Source: Planctomycetota bacterium
GTDB lineage: Bacteria > Planctomycetota > JAJSAM01 > JAJVHW01
Assembly: GCA_965248445.1 (NCBI GenBank)
Contig: CBDFJG010000003.1
Location: 1,152,001-1,216,000, forward strand
DNA: 64,000 bases
Direction: 5' to 3'
Part shown: positions 20,571 to 31,602 of the stretch, piece after piece
Layout: every line of letters begins with the position of its first letter
How positions within the stretch are numbered: position 1 is the first letter of the stretch
Notes under the pieces: model-generated
Seen by the model: only the letters and a program-made list of their open reading frames with translations
What the model was told of the DNA's origin: nothing
The model's database searches: none
Program-made: the position numbers and the translations under genes

Positions 20571-22934
20571 ACGGACTCCGAGATCCTCCTGGCGTTGCTG
20601 ATCCTGCTCGCGGTCGCGGTCGGCGTGGGCATGCTCCGGATCCACGCGTCTCTCCACGGACTGAAGAAGGAGAACCGCCTCCTCTGGATCGAGTTGGGCC
20701 GACTCGCCAAGCGAATCCGGCAGGGTGGCGACCCCGCGCCCGTGGACGCACCCGCGTCCGTGGACACGGAGCCCGCGGTCCAGGAACTCACACCGGCTCC
20801 GCCGACACCCGAGCCGGCGACGGTCCCGCCACCGACACCCGAACCACCGGCGGTCCCGTCACCAACCCTCCCCGTGCCCGAGCAGCCCGCACCCCCTTTG
20901 GCGGCTCGACGGGGATCAGCGGTGGTCGCGCCGGCCGTGCCGCCGGAGCCACGCGAGCCCTCGCCGCGCGAGTCGCGGCCCGGGATCGAGGCGTTCGTCG
21001 GGGGACGTGTGCTGCTCGTCGTCGGGATCGTCGTCGTGCTCGCCGGACTCGGTTTCTTGCTGAAGCTCGCCATCGACCGCGGCTGGATCGGTCCCGAGGC
21101 GCGCATCGCGATCGGCGCGGTCGCGGGGGTCGCTGCCCTCTTCGGCGGCGACCGGATGCGCGGCCGCGGCTTCGACGTCTTCGGCCACGCCCTGATGGGC
21201 GGAGGTCTCGGCGCGTTGTACCTCTGCGTCTATTTCGCCACGGTCCGCTACGAGTTCCTGGGACTTCCGGCGGGCTATGCGGCGACGGCCGCGCTCACAG
21301 CCTTGGGGGTGCTGCTGGCGCTGCGACGCCGCGCGTTGCTGCTCGCGTATCTCGGGTTCCTCGGCGGTTTCCTGGCGCCGGGACTCCTCGGCTGGACCGA
21401 CGAATCGCTGCCGACGATGACAGCGTGGCTCGTCGTGCTGGATCTCGGCGTTGCCGCGGTGCTGTGCCGGCGTCGCTGGCCGGCGCTCGATCTCATGGCG
21501 CTCACAGCGAGCGTCGTCTGCTTCACGGTGTGGCACGTCCACTTCATGGTGCCGGATCGACTGACGACCGCGGTGGCGTGCCTCGGCCTGCTGACGGCTG
21601 CACTTCTCGTGGTGGCGCTCGTGCCGTCGCTGACGACGGCACGACGTGCAACCACCCGGCCAGAGAGCCTGCAGTCGGAAGTCAGGTTCACCTCGATCTT
21701 GACGGCTCTGCTCACCGGCGCGGCCGCCGCAGTCGGCGGTCACATCCTGCTCTTCCCGGAGCACCGCTACGCGTTCGGCGGCGGCCTGCTCCTGCTCGCC
21801 GGCGTGTACGCCCTCGCGGCCTGGCTGCGGTTTTGGCGCGAGGACCGCTCCGATCACGATGCCGAGGCGTTCACCGCGCTGGGGGTCGCGTCACTGGCAA
21901 CCGCCATCCCCGTCATCTTCTCCGGGCACGCGGTGGCGCCGGCGCTCTCGTTCGCCGGACTCGCCGCGTGCGTGATCGGCGCGCGCCGCAAGTTCGCGGT
22001 CTTCGGCGCGCTCGGCGCCGTGATGATCGTGCTGGCGGTCGGCGACTTGCTGTTCTACCGCATGCCCCCGCACGACACGCTCTTCACGCCGTTCCTGAAC
22101 GGCACGTTCTGGTCGTTCACATCCCCGTGCATCGCGGCTCTCCTCGCAGGCCTGGCGTTCCACGCGAACACTCACTGGAAGACCGAGGGGAACCTGCTGA
22201 TCGGCGCCGGGCTCTGGATGTACGTGCCCGTGTTGATCTTCGAGCTGTGGCAGTACATGGGCGAGGCGTACGGCGCCGTGGGCGAGCAGACGTACGGACC
22301 CGCAGCGGCGTGCGCCGCCGTGGCGTTCTACGCAGCCGGCATCGGCTGGATGGCGCGCAGCCGCCCGACGGCCGCGTTCGTCCTGCCGCTCGGTCCGCTT
22401 GTCGCAACCATGCTGATCGGCATCGGGATGATCGGCTTCTCACACGACCGGCCGTACGTGCGCTTCGCCAATCCGGTGTTCGTGTCTGCGGCAATCATCG
22501 CGGGTGCTCCGATGGTGATCGCATGCTTCACGAAGCCCATACCGCGGCGCATTCTCGTCATCTCCGGGCTCGCGTTTCTGTTGTTCGCGGTCACCGGGGA
22601 TCTTCTGTCCTGGGCCGAGGAAGCCCGCATCGGCACGCTGACCAGGGAGGAACTGGAGTTCCGCGCACAGGTCTGGGTGTCGATCGCGTGGGCGCTCTAC
22701 GGCGGCGGGCTCATCGCGCTGGGGTTCGTGCGGCGGCGGGCGTACCTGCGCTGGGCCGGACTCATCGTGTTCGGCATCACACTGGCCAAGGTCGTGCTGT
22801 TCGATATGGCCTCGCTCGACGTCGTCTACCGCATCGGTTCGTTCCTGGTCCTGGGAGTGCTGCTGGTCGGGGTGTCGTTCCTGTACCAGCGAGCCCGCAA
22901 GCAGGACGAGGCGACGGATCAACCGCCCAGGTAG
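20571..22934 (+). CDS. DUF2339 family polytopic membrane protein
   Basis: Pro-rich linker, then EAFVGGRVLLVVG...GWIGPEARIAIG; C-terminal KVVLFDMASLDVVYRIGSFLVLG. Start is ambiguous (ACG 20571 after a strong RBS, or TTG 20595). Confidence 0.85.
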   Translation, partial: TDSEILLALLILLAVAVGVGMLRIHASLHGLKKENRLLWIELGRLAKRIRQGGDPAPVDAPASVDTEPAVQELTPAPPTPEPATVPPPTPEPPAVPSPTLPVPEQPAPPLAARRGSAVVAPAVPPEPREPSPRESRPGIEAFVGGRVLLVVGIVVVLAGLGFLLKLAIDRGWIGPEARIAIGAVAGVAALFGGDRMRGRGFDVFGHALMGGGLGALYLCVYFATVRYEFLGLPAGYAATAALTALGVLLALRRRALLLAYLGFLGGFLAPGLLGWTDESLPTMTAWLVVLDLGVAAVLCRRRWPALDLMALTASVVCFTVWHVHFMVPDRLTTAVACLGLLTAALLVVALVPSLTTARRATTRPESLQSEVRFTSILTALLTGAAAAVGGHILLFPEHRYAFGGGLLLLAGVYALAAWLRFWREDRSDHDAEAFTALGVASLATAIPVIFSGHAVAPALSFAGLAACVIGARRKFAVFGALGAVMIVLAVGDLLFYRMPPHDTLFTPFLNGTFWSFTSPCIAALLAGLAFHANTHWKTEGNLLIGAGLWMYVPVLIFELWQYMGEAYGAVGEQTYGPAAACAAVAFYAAGIGWMARSRPTAAFVLPLGPLVATMLIGIGMIGFSHDRPYVRFANPVFVSAAIIAGAPMVIACFTKPIPRRILVISGLAFLLFAVTGDLLSWAEEARIGTLTREELEFRAQVWVSIAWALYGGGLIALGFVRRRAYLRWAGLIVFGITLAKVVLFDMASLDVVYRIGSFLVLGVLLVGVSFLYQRARKQDEATDQPPR

Positions 22935-23350
22935 CTGCGCAGCGGCTCCCAGTACTTGTGGTCCCAGCCGCTGTCGATGTGGTCGCAGGCGTCTTCCGGC
23001 ACGCCGTCTTGGTCGAGCGTCACGATCGTTCCATCATCGTCCTCGTACAGGTCGATACTCAGGGTCGAGAACACGCCCTCGGGCCAGTCGAATACGCGCC
23101 AGGACTGCACGATGCGGCCGCATGGCTGCAGGGCCGTACCCCCGCCCCACGGCGGTCCGTCCAGGACTGGTCGGAGTTCGAGGTTGCGGCCCAGGATGAA
23201 CGTGCCGAAGCAGACGAACTCTCCGCCGTCCGTCGCGTCGATCTGCGCGGGGGCTCTGGTCCACTCCGCGAACTGTGCTGCGTCGGTGAGCGCGCGATAC
23301 ACGCGTGCCGGCGGCGCGTCGAAGCGCCGTTGCTGGTGAATCTGCGACAT
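22919..23350 (-). CDS. SRPBCC/AHSA1 (activator of Hsp90 ATPase homolog 1-like) domain protein
   Basis: FDAPPARVYRALTD..WT, RIVQSWR..WPEG, GWDHKYWEPLRSYL. Confidence 0.85.
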   Translation of the reverse strand: MSQIHQQRRFDAPPARVYRALTDAAQFAEWTRAPAQIDATDGGEFVCFGTFILGRNLELRPVLDGPPWGGGTALQPCGRIVQSWRVFDWPEGVFSTLSIDLYEDDDGTIVTLDQDGVPEDACDHIDSGWDHKYWEPLRSYLGG

Positions 23351-23390
23351 CCGAGTCTCCCTTCGCGGTGTGAGAGTACGGGACCGCGCG

Positions 23391-24419
23391 TCAGGCGAGC
23401 GTCTGTTCGACGCTGCCCGCCCCGTCGGCGTAGCGCACGACGGCGCAAGCGCCCTGGATCAGCGTCATCTGGGGCGGGCGGTGTCCGATGTCCGCGTCGT
23501 ACACGACCGGGCACGGCAGATCGCCGAGCGCGGACGCGAGCGCATCGACGTACGAGTACGCCTCGCCCTCCTCGGCAGCGCTCCGTCCGATCAGGACGCC
23601 GGCGAGCCCGTCGAACCAGCCGGCGAGGCGCATTCCCCAGAGGGTGCGCGCCGTCTCGGGTGGGAGCAGTTCGCAGTTCTCGAAGAACAGGATCACTCCG
23701 TCGTCGTGATGCTCCCGGGTGAACGCCGGGAGGTCGCCATACGGCGAACCCGTCATGCGCCCGATCGTGTCCAGGCAGCCGCCGGCCAAGCGCCCGCCGA
23801 ATTGGACCGGACGCTCCGCGCCGAGGACACGCCACCGCGTCGGCTCGGTCATGTCGAACGTCGCGTCCGGGAACTCCTTGAAGTCCTTCCACGTGAGCTG
23901 CCACTTCTCCGAGGAGTGCTGCGTGAACGTGGTCCCCGCCGGCAGCGCCAGGGTCGGAAGCACGGCCGCGGAGAGCCGATCATCCTGGCCGGGTGCCAGG
24001 TCCATCAGGTTCAGGCCGTGCGCGCTCGCGGTGCCCGCGCGCATGAGTTGCGCGAGTCCGTAAGTGCTGAGATCCGAGAACCCGAGCAACCACGTCGGCC
24101 GCGCGGCAGAGATCGCGTCCCAGTCGAGGACCGGCAGGATCTCGACCAGGATCTCGCCGCCCCACGGCGGGAAGACGGCCGCGACGTCATCGCGCAGCAT
24201 GAGCTCCTGGAACTCGGCAGCGCGTTCCTCGCGCGGCGCGCTGACGTGGCGCTCGTTCGCTCGCAGGCAGCTCCCCTCGGTGACGTCGTACCCGCGCGCC
24301 CGCAGGTGCCCGATGACGAGGTCCAATCGCGCGTGCAACGGAGGCGCGACCCCCGCGGACGGCGCCGTCACTGCGATCGTGTCGCCCGGACGGAGCGGCG
24401 GCGGGAAGCGGATGCGCAT
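23391..24419 (-). CDS. S66 family LD-carboxypeptidase (MccF-like)
   Basis: PPPLRPGDTIAVTAPS, PWGG, GFSDLS nucleophile, ILFFE, DIGHRPPQ. Confidence 0.9.
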   Translation of the reverse strand: MRIRFPPPLRPGDTIAVTAPSAGVAPPLHARLDLVIGHLRARGYDVTEGSCLRANERHVSAPREERAAEFQELMLRDDVAAVFPPWGGEILVEILPVLDWDAISAARPTWLLGFSDLSTYGLAQLMRAGTASAHGLNLMDLAPGQDDRLSAAVLPTLALPAGTTFTQHSSEKWQLTWKDFKEFPDATFDMTEPTRWRVLGAERPVQFGGRLAGGCLDTIGRMTGSPYGDLPAFTREHHDDGVILFFENCELLPPETARTLWGMRLAGWFDGLAGVLIGRSAAEEGEAYSYVDALASALGDLPCPVVYDADIGHRPPQMTLIQGACAVVRYADGAGSVEQTLA

Positions 24420-25789
24420 TACACGCGGTCTGGTGGCGTGACCTTGGCGATCCAGCCGTCGAAGTCACCCTCGTAGCCGACGGCGTCCTGACGCCCGTGC
24501 ACCCTGTCGGCCAGCGCCGCCAGCTGTTCGGTGGTGAGCGGCTCCTTGCCTTCGACGTGCTGCTGCACGGCTTCCGCCGCCGCGGCGCCGGCGGACTCCG
24601 CGGCGACCATCACGCCGCCGGGTTCGTTCAGCTCCTTTTCACCGACGCCCAGATACTCGGCCAGCACGACGTCGCTGACCTTCTTCGCGTGACGACGGGA
24701 GATCGCGATGTTGCCCTGTCCGGTGACGACGTTGCCGACACCGAAAACCTCCGGCATGCCCTTGACCTTGCCGAGGTCCCAATCCTCGTAGTCGTAGAAG
24801 TCGCCGCTCATCGGCAGGCCCTCGATCGCGAGCGGAACGGATCCGATCGAACTGAACAGCTGCTTGGTCGGGATGACCTCTTCGGTTCCCTCGAGCTCGA
24901 TCACCTTGCGGCCCTCGGTGCGCGTGCCGATGACTTCGAGCCCCGACACCTGGCCGTTCTCGTCGAGCACGATCCGCTTCGGGAGCGTGTTCGGCCGGAA
25001 GTTGCAGAGGTACTTCGTCTGCGTGAGGTTCATCAGCTTCTCGCGCACGGCGCGCGTCTTCTCCTTCGAGACGTCGTCCGCACCCGGCTTGAACGACGCG
25101 AGCGGCATCTCCCGCGCGCTCCGCCGATAGACGAGCGTGCAGCCCTTGAGACCGAGGTCGTCGAGCGTCAGTTCGAGACCCGCGAGGATCTTGTTGACGC
25201 CCTTCTTCTCCAGGTGCACGACGTCGATCTCGTGTCCGCGCTCGCGCAGCTTCGCGGCCACTGTCTCGACCATCACGGCCTTGATCACGTCGATCGACGC
25301 GAGCCCGCCGCCGACGATCACCGCGTCGTCGATCGGCGCGAGCTCGGGGCCGTCGTAGCTCGTCTCCTCGTGGTGGTTGAACCAGTAGATGAACGGGTTC
25401 TGGTAGATCAGCCCGTTGTCCTCGGCCGCCTCCGCGTTCTCCGCCGCCAGCGGACGGTCGCGCCACGCACCGCACCCGAGCACGATCGCGCTGAAGCCCC
25501 AGTTGCGCAGGTCGGCGAACGAGACGTGCTCACCGATCGTCGTGTTCGGTACGTACGTGACGCCGTCGGTCTGGAGCTTGCCGCCGATGCGCGCGTACTC
25601 CTGCATGCGCTGGCGCGCGTGCCACCGCGGCAGCCCGTCTTCGATCTTCCCGAACGGCCGTGCGTTCTGCTCGAACACGACGACGAAGCAGCCGGCCTGG
25701 GCGAGAATCTCGGCCGCTTCGGCACCCGCGCAGGCACCCCCGATGACGGCGACCGCGTGGCGTGGCTGGTTCAGGTACGAAGCGTCCAT
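24419..25789 (-). CDS. FAD-dependent oxidoreductase (ferredoxin-NADP+ reductase / GltD-like)
   Basis: Two Rossmann motifs (VAVIGGACAG, VIVGGGLASIDV) and YRR. Confidence 0.75.
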   Translation of the reverse strand: MDASYLNQPRHAVAVIGGACAGAEAAEILAQAGCFVVVFEQNARPFGKIEDGLPRWHARQRMQEYARIGGKLQTDGVTYVPNTTIGEHVSFADLRNWGFSAIVLGCGAWRDRPLAAENAEAAEDNGLIYQNPFIYWFNHHEETSYDGPELAPIDDAVIVGGGLASIDVIKAVMVETVAAKLRERGHEIDVVHLEKKGVNKILAGLELTLDDLGLKGCTLVYRRSAREMPLASFKPGADDVSKEKTRAVREKLMNLTQTKYLCNFRPNTLPKRIVLDENGQVSGLEVIGTRTEGRKVIELEGTEEVIPTKQLFSSIGSVPLAIEGLPMSGDFYDYEDWDLGKVKGMPEVFGVGNVVTGQGNIAISRRHAKKVSDVVLAEYLGVGEKELNEPGGVMVAAESAGAAAAEAVQQHVEGKEPLTTEQLAALADRVHGRQDAVGYEGDFDGWIAKVTPPDRV

Positions 25790-25938
25790 GGCGGCTCTCC
25801 GGGGCTCTCCACCGGCTCCGCGCACCACTTCGGGCGATCCGCGTCGGCGAAGCCGGAGACGATACCGCAGGCTCGGATCGAGGCCGAAGAAGGGGGGGCC
25901 GGTCAACCTCCGGGCGTCCGCTGCCCGATGAGGAACCG

Positions 25939-27327
25939 ATGCCTCACGGTTCCGTGCTGCTGGTCGACGACGACGTGGACTTCACCTCCACGCTCGCTGC
26001 GGGGCTCACGTCCCACGGTCACCGGGTCGCCACGGCCGGGAGCCTCGCCGAGGCGATCGACAGCTTCGACCGGGACGCCCCCGACGTGGCGCTGCTCGAC
26101 CTCCGGCTGCCCGACGGTCACGGCCTCGAACTCCTCGAGGCCCTGCGTGCCCGTCGCGGCGACACGGAGTTCGTGATCCTGTCGGGCTACGGCACCGTCG
26201 GCGAGGCCGTCGAGGCCATCAAGCGCGGCGCGGTGGACTTCGTAGAGAAGCCGGTGCGGCTGGCGCACCTCGAGGCCGTCATCGGTCGCGCCCTCGCGGC
26301 GCAGCAGCTCAAGCGCCAGGTCGAGCGCCTGCGCGAAGACGTCGAGCGTCTGCAGGGCACGCGCGGCATCCTCGGTCAGTCCCCCGCCATCCGCCGCGTC
26401 ACCGCGACGATCAGCAAAGTCGCCGGTGCGCGTGACACGACCGTGCTGCTCGCCGGCGAGAGCGGCACCGGCAAGGAGCTGGCCGCCCGCGCCATCCACG
26501 ACGCGAGCCCCCGCAAGGACGGCCCGTTCGTCGCGGTCAACTGCGCGGCGCTGAGCTCGTCACTCCTCGAAAGCGAGCTGTTCGGCTACGACGAGGCGTC
26601 GTTCACCGGCGCGCAGGCCGGCGGCAAGGAAGGACTCTTCGAGGCGGCCGAGGGCGGCACGCTGTTCCTCGACGAAATCAGCGAGCTCGAGCCGCCGCTG
26701 CAGGCCAAGCTGCTGCGCGTGCTGCAGGAGCGGCGCGTGAGGCGCGTCGGCGGAGTGCACGACCGTCCGGTCGATATCCGCGTCGTCGCGAGCACGAACC
26801 GCGACCTGGAGAGTCAGGTTGCAGTCGGCGCATTCCGCCAGGACCTCTACTACCGTCTCCGCGTCGCGCCCATCCGCATGCCCGCATTGCGCGATCGCGG
26901 CAACGACGTCCTGTTGCTCGCCGAGCACTACGTGCGTCACTTCGCCGAGCAGATGGGCAAGCACGCAGACGGGCTGACCGACGCGGCGCGCACGGCGCTC
27001 CAGCGCCACGACTGGCCGGGCAACGTCCGCGAGCTTCGCAACATCATCGAGTACGCCGCAATCCTCTGCCCGGGCGGCAGCATCGACGTCGAGCACCTCA
27101 ATCTCCCGGCCGCCGTCGCATCGCCGCTCCTCGTGAACGGCGGCGAGGCGACTGCGGAGGCGTTCGTCCGCGCGCTGCCCGATCGCAAGCTGACGACGCT
27201 CGAGAAGGCCGCCATCGAGGCCGTGCTCGAGGACACGGGCGGCAACGTCGCCAAGACGGCGCGCGAGCTCGGCATCCACCGCCAGACGCTCTACAACAAG
27301 ATCAAGACGTACGGCATCCGCAAGTAG
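25939..27327 (+). CDS. Sigma-54-dependent response regulator (NtrC/Fis family)
   Basis: REC domain (VLLVDDD..LLDLRLPDGHG), AAA+ domain (GESGTGKE, ESELFG..ASFTGA, LFLDEI, WPGNVREL) and a C-terminal Fis HTH. Confidence 0.93.
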   Translation: MPHGSVLLVDDDVDFTSTLAAGLTSHGHRVATAGSLAEAIDSFDRDAPDVALLDLRLPDGHGLELLEALRARRGDTEFVILSGYGTVGEAVEAIKRGAVDFVEKPVRLAHLEAVIGRALAAQQLKRQVERLREDVERLQGTRGILGQSPAIRRVTATISKVAGARDTTVLLAGESGTGKELAARAIHDASPRKDGPFVAVNCAALSSSLLESELFGYDEASFTGAQAGGKEGLFEAAEGGTLFLDEISELEPPLQAKLLRVLQERRVRRVGGVHDRPVDIRVVASTNRDLESQVAVGAFRQDLYYRLRVAPIRMPALRDRGNDVLLLAEHYVRHFAEQMGKHADGLTDAARTALQRHDWPGNVRELRNIIEYAAILCPGGSIDVEHLNLPAAVASPLLVNGGEATAEAFVRALPDRKLTTLEKAAIEAVLEDTGGNVAKTARELGIHRQTLYNKIKTYGIRK

Positions 27328-27341
27328 CGGGCGTCGTCCTG

Positions 27342-27692
27342 TCAGCGGCCGGCGTCGAGCGCGTCCATCTGCGAGAGCACCCGCTCCACGTCGTCCATGA
27401 TCGCGGACGCCTCGGCGCGGGCCGCGCGGTCGTCCCGCAGCGCACCCATGTAGACGTTCTTCTGCGCGTCGGAGAGCTGGACGATCAACTCGTCCATGAC
27501 CTCGATGCGGCTGTCACGCGCCTCCGGGCTGCGCACGCTCTGGGAGGCGCGGGTCTGGGACTCGATCCTCGCCCAGGCGGACGCGATTCGGCGTTCGAGG
27601 CGTCCCACCGGCTTGGGTGCGCCCTTCACGCTCCCGCAGGCGGTCACCGCAAGCACCGACGCGAGTCCCAGCCCGAGAAGTGTCATCCGCAT
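27342..27692 (-). CDS. Small hypothetical lipoprotein
   Basis: MRMTLLGLGLASVLAVTAC lipobox-like sequence. Confidence 0.6.
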   Translation of the reverse strand: MRMTLLGLGLASVLAVTACGSVKGAPKPVGRLERRIASAWARIESQTRASQSVRSPEARDSRIEVMDELIVQLSDAQKNVYMGALRDDRAARAEASAIMDDVERVLSQMDALDAGR

Positions 27693-27747
27693 CGTCACGC
27701 TCTCCCTTCGCGCGGATCGTACCGCTCTTCCGGGGTAGGCTCCCGGG

Positions 27748-29283
27748 ATGAGCCACGACATCGACGTTCCCGCACTTCTCGGACGCTTGGGCATCGACGC
27801 TTCCGAGCCCAACCCCGGCCTCTACGACGGCTCGTTCGTGAAAGGCGCCGGCGGCGCGCTTGCGTCGCACTCCCCCGCCGACGGCGCGCCGCTGGCGACC
27901 GTGGCGATGGCGACGCGGGAGGACTACGAGCGCGCGGTCGTCACAGGCGTAGTCACGTTCGACCGCTGGCGCATGGCACCGGCGCCCGCCCGCGGCGATG
28001 TGCTACGACTGATCGCTGACGAACTCCGCGCTTCGAAGCAGGATCTCGGCACGCTCGTCTCGCTCGAGATGGGCAAGGTCCTCTCCGAGGGACTCGGCGA
28101 AGTGCAGGAGATGATCGACATCGCCGACTTCGGTGTCGGGCTCTCGCGCCAGCTGTACGGACTGACCATGCACAGCGAGCGGCCGCAGCACCGGATGTAC
28201 GAACAGTGGCACCCGCTCGGGACGGTCGGTGTCATCACCGCGTTCAACTTCCCGGTCGCCGTCTGGTCCTGGAACGCGTTCCTCGCGATGGTCTGCGGCG
28301 ACGTCGTGCTGTGGAAACCGTCCGAGAAGACACCGCTGACGGCGCTCGCCGTCTGCAACATCGTGGATCGCGTGCTCGACCGGACGGGCTGGCAGGGCAT
28401 CCTGAACTGCGTGATCGGCGACGTCGCCGAGGTCGGCGAGCCCATGCTCGACGATCCGCGTGTGCCACTCGTGTCCGCGACGGGCTCGTGCCGCATGGGC
28501 AAGATCGTCGGTCCGCGCGTCGCGGCGCGTCTCGGCCGTACGCTGCTCGAACTGGGCGGCAACAACGCCCTCACCGTGCTCGAGGACGCGGATCTCGGTG
28601 TCGCGCTCCGCGCCGTGGCGTTCGGCGCAGTCGGCACGGCGGGCCAGCGCTGCACGACGACGCGTCGCGTCCTCCTGCAGCGCGGCATCGCCGGCAAGTT
28701 CACCGAGAAGCTCGTCGCGGCCTACGGCTCGATCTCCATCGGCCACCCGCTCGACCCGGAGACGCTCTGCGGTCCGCTCATCGACGGCGACGCCGTCGCC
28801 ATGTACGAGCGCGCCGTGGCGAGGATCCGCGCGGACGGCGGAGAGATCCTGACCGGCGGCAACGTGCTCGAGCGCGCCGGGCACTACGTCGAGCCAGCGA
28901 TCGCGCGGGTCCCCAAGGACTTCGCGTTCGCGCAGGAAGAGACGTTCGCGCCGATCCTGTACCTGATGGAGGTCGACGATCTCGCGGACGCAATCACGGT
29001 CAACAACGCCGTCCCCCAGGGCCTGTCATCCGCCGTCTTCACCGACAGCATGAAGTCGGCCGAGAGGTTCCTCGCTCACAGCGGTTCGGACTGCGGCATC
29101 GCGAACGTGAACATCGGCACGTCCGGCGCCGAGATCGGCGGCGCATTCGGCGGCGAGAAGGACACGGGCGGCGGCCGCGAGGCCGGCAGCGACTCGTGGA
29201 AGGCCTACATGCGCCGCCAGACATGCACGATCAACTGGGGCGACGAACTGCCCCTCGCCCAGGGCGTGACGTTCGACATCTGA
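27748..29283 (+). CDS. Aldehyde dehydrogenase, ALDH7 / piperideine-6-carboxylate dehydrogenase type
   Basis: GEVQEMIDIADF.VGLSRQLYG, LELGGNNA, GTAGQRCTT, GTSGAEIGGAFGGEK.TGGGRE.GSD.WK.YMRRQT. Confidence 0.92.
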   Translation: MSHDIDVPALLGRLGIDASEPNPGLYDGSFVKGAGGALASHSPADGAPLATVAMATREDYERAVVTGVVTFDRWRMAPAPARGDVLRLIADELRASKQDLGTLVSLEMGKVLSEGLGEVQEMIDIADFGVGLSRQLYGLTMHSERPQHRMYEQWHPLGTVGVITAFNFPVAVWSWNAFLAMVCGDVVLWKPSEKTPLTALAVCNIVDRVLDRTGWQGILNCVIGDVAEVGEPMLDDPRVPLVSATGSCRMGKIVGPRVAARLGRTLLELGGNNALTVLEDADLGVALRAVAFGAVGTAGQRCTTTRRVLLQRGIAGKFTEKLVAAYGSISIGHPLDPETLCGPLIDGDAVAMYERAVARIRADGGEILTGGNVLERAGHYVEPAIARVPKDFAFAQEETFAPILYLMEVDDLADAITVNNAVPQGLSSAVFTDSMKSAERFLAHSGSDCGIANVNIGTSGAEIGGAFGGEKDTGGGREAGSDSWKAYMRRQTCTINWGDELPLAQGVTFDI

Positions 29284-29479
29284 CCGGCTCGGCGCTGAAT
29301 CGGCCGTCGTCGACGACTCGGCGTGGACTCCCGTCGACCCGGGCGGATACGATCGGAGCTACATTCGCCGCGGAGACAACGGGTAACTCACCTACTCCGC
29401 ATGAAGAGCATGCGATCCCGCACGCGAGCAGCGTGTGATCCGACGAGCCCCTTGTCACCGCCGCGCTCGGAGGCACACC

Positions 29480-31602
29480 ATGCAGGGATCTCAACTCCGT
29501 GGGTCACTCGACATGCGGGTCGTGGCGTCAGCAGCCGCGCTCGTCATCGCCGTCTGCGCAGGGGACGCGTGGTCGCAGGACTACGCGCTCAGCACCGCGG
29601 GGACGTCGCAGTTCACGGCTACGCCGAGTAACGCGACGTCCGTGAACGTCGGCGACGACACCCTGACCGAGCTCGCGCTGCCGTTCGAGTTCCCGTACTT
29701 CGGACAGGTCTTCCCGAACGTCCACATCGGCTCCAACGGGTATGTGCAGTTCATCCCCGCAGGGGCGACCGTGCCCACCCCGCCCGGCGTGAACGGCGGC
29801 GTGAACAACTGGGACAACGAGTCGTTCCCGTTCGCATCGGACCCGTTCTACGACGGCATCGTCGCGCCGCTCTGGGTCGATCTCAGCCCGAGCAGGCAAG
29901 GGTCGGTGAAGCACTTCACGACCGGCACCACTCCCAACCGGAAGTTCATCGTCGCGTGGGACAACGTGCCCTGCTACGGCGACGGCGGCGCTCCGGAGCG
30001 GGGCGCGTACTACTTCTAGGTCCACCTGTACGAGACAACCGGCCGGATCGTGTTCGCATACGACCACGCCGGCGGGATCTGGACCGACCTGGACTACAAC
30101 GGCCTCCCGAACGCGAACTCGTCCGGGGGCTTCTCCCACGGCATCGACGCGCCCGCCGCGGACACGCGGTACGTGGCGGTCAATGCGTCGAACAGCAACA
30201 GCGTGAAGCCGGCGACCGACTTTCAATTCGACCCGGTCGTCACGACGTACACCGGCCGCCTGCTGCTGGACGAGATCGTCTCGGACGCGACCGGCATCGG
30301 GAACAGCCAGAACACCGCGCAGCCCGCGGCTCCCGTACGTGTCGAGCTTCTGGACGGCGCCACCGTCGCGGCAACCAGTCTGACGGACGCGAGCGGCGCG
30401 TACTCGTTGAAGGGGCTTGCACTCGACAGCACAAAGACCGGACTCTTGCGGCTCGTGGCGCAGTCCGCTGCAGGCCGCGTTATCCAAACCGTCGGCGGCG
30501 CCCCACACGCGATCACGGTCAACGGCTCCGTCAGCTTCGCGGCGAGCGCGAATCTCGGGACGTTCACGGTCAGCGACGGCAACGACGCCAGCACACAGTT
30601 CCGCGGAGCGCTGCAGACGGCGATGGCCGCAGGAACCGCCTGGAACTGGGTGAGTACGCGCACCGCCACGGCCGTGGTGCCGATCGACCTCGTCTACGAC
30701 GTCTCCTCCGCGACCGCCTCGACGTACTCCCCTGCACAACTCCCGGCGACGCCACCGTCCGCGCGGATAGCCAGCGTGGCGAGCGGAAACAACGACGGCT
30801 TCGACGCTGCGGTCGTGATGAGCATCTGGGGTCACCACGTCATCGCGACGCTGACCGCCGCGCCGACACAGAGCGTGACACCGGGACCCGACGTCATCTC
30901 GACGACAGAGAACGCCTTCGCCGAGGCCTTCGGTACGTGGCTCTACACCGAGATCACGGGCGTCACCGCGCAGATCGACGGGATCAACGGCTCGACGGCG
31001 GCTTCGTTCGACATCGAGACGCCTCAGCTGGCCTCGCTCAAGGGTCCGGACGTGGCCGGCTGGGTCGCTGCGGCGCTGTGGGACCTTTCCGACGATTCAG
31101 CTTCCGAGAGCCACGACACGATCGACGGCACGGGCACCACCGACCATGAGCGCCCGTTCACGATCCTCGCCGCGATGGTCACCGAGCCGACGCCGAGTCA
31201 GTTCTTCACGGACTGGACCGCGCAGGCGTTCGACGGACGTGCGCTCGTGCGGAACTTCATTCACCACGGGCTATTCGGTGATGACGCCTGGGAGGCCAAC
31301 GATCTCGTCGGCGAGGCCGCAAACCTGGGATCGGTCGGCATCCGTCTCACCGGCCTGGTCCTCAATCCGAGCAACGAGGACTGGTACCGGGTCTCCCTGG
31401 GCGAGCCAGTCAACGGCCTGTTCGCGGACATGACCTTCAATCGGTTCGCAGAGCCTGCAACGGTGACCCTGCAGATCACGGACGCCGCTGGCATCGCCAT
31501 CGCGACCGGCGTACCCAACGGGGACATCGGTCCGATCGAAGCGGCCACCGGGCCGCTTCTCGCCGGTGACTATCACGTACGCGTCTCGCATGACGCCGGC
31601 CC
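29480..31602 (+). pseudogene. Large secreted protein, with an in-frame TAG and a 3' truncation by IS66
   Basis: ORFs 29435-30019 and 30050-31621 share a frame (YYF*VHLYE). Signal peptide, LPFEFPYFG..IGSNGYV domain; the C-terminal PPC-like segment is cut at 31603. Confidence 0.75.

Noticed and set aside
26590..26615. ASFTGA in place of GAFTGA, suggesting a sigma-54-independent activator
   Set aside because: The key Phe-Thr pair is retained, so the variant alone is weak evidence.
30017..30019. Stop-codon reassignment or pyrrolysine readthrough at the in-frame TAG
   Set aside because: TAG ends many intact genes here (e.g. 5275, 10716, 27327), no pyl genes are visible, and the gene is truncated anyway.
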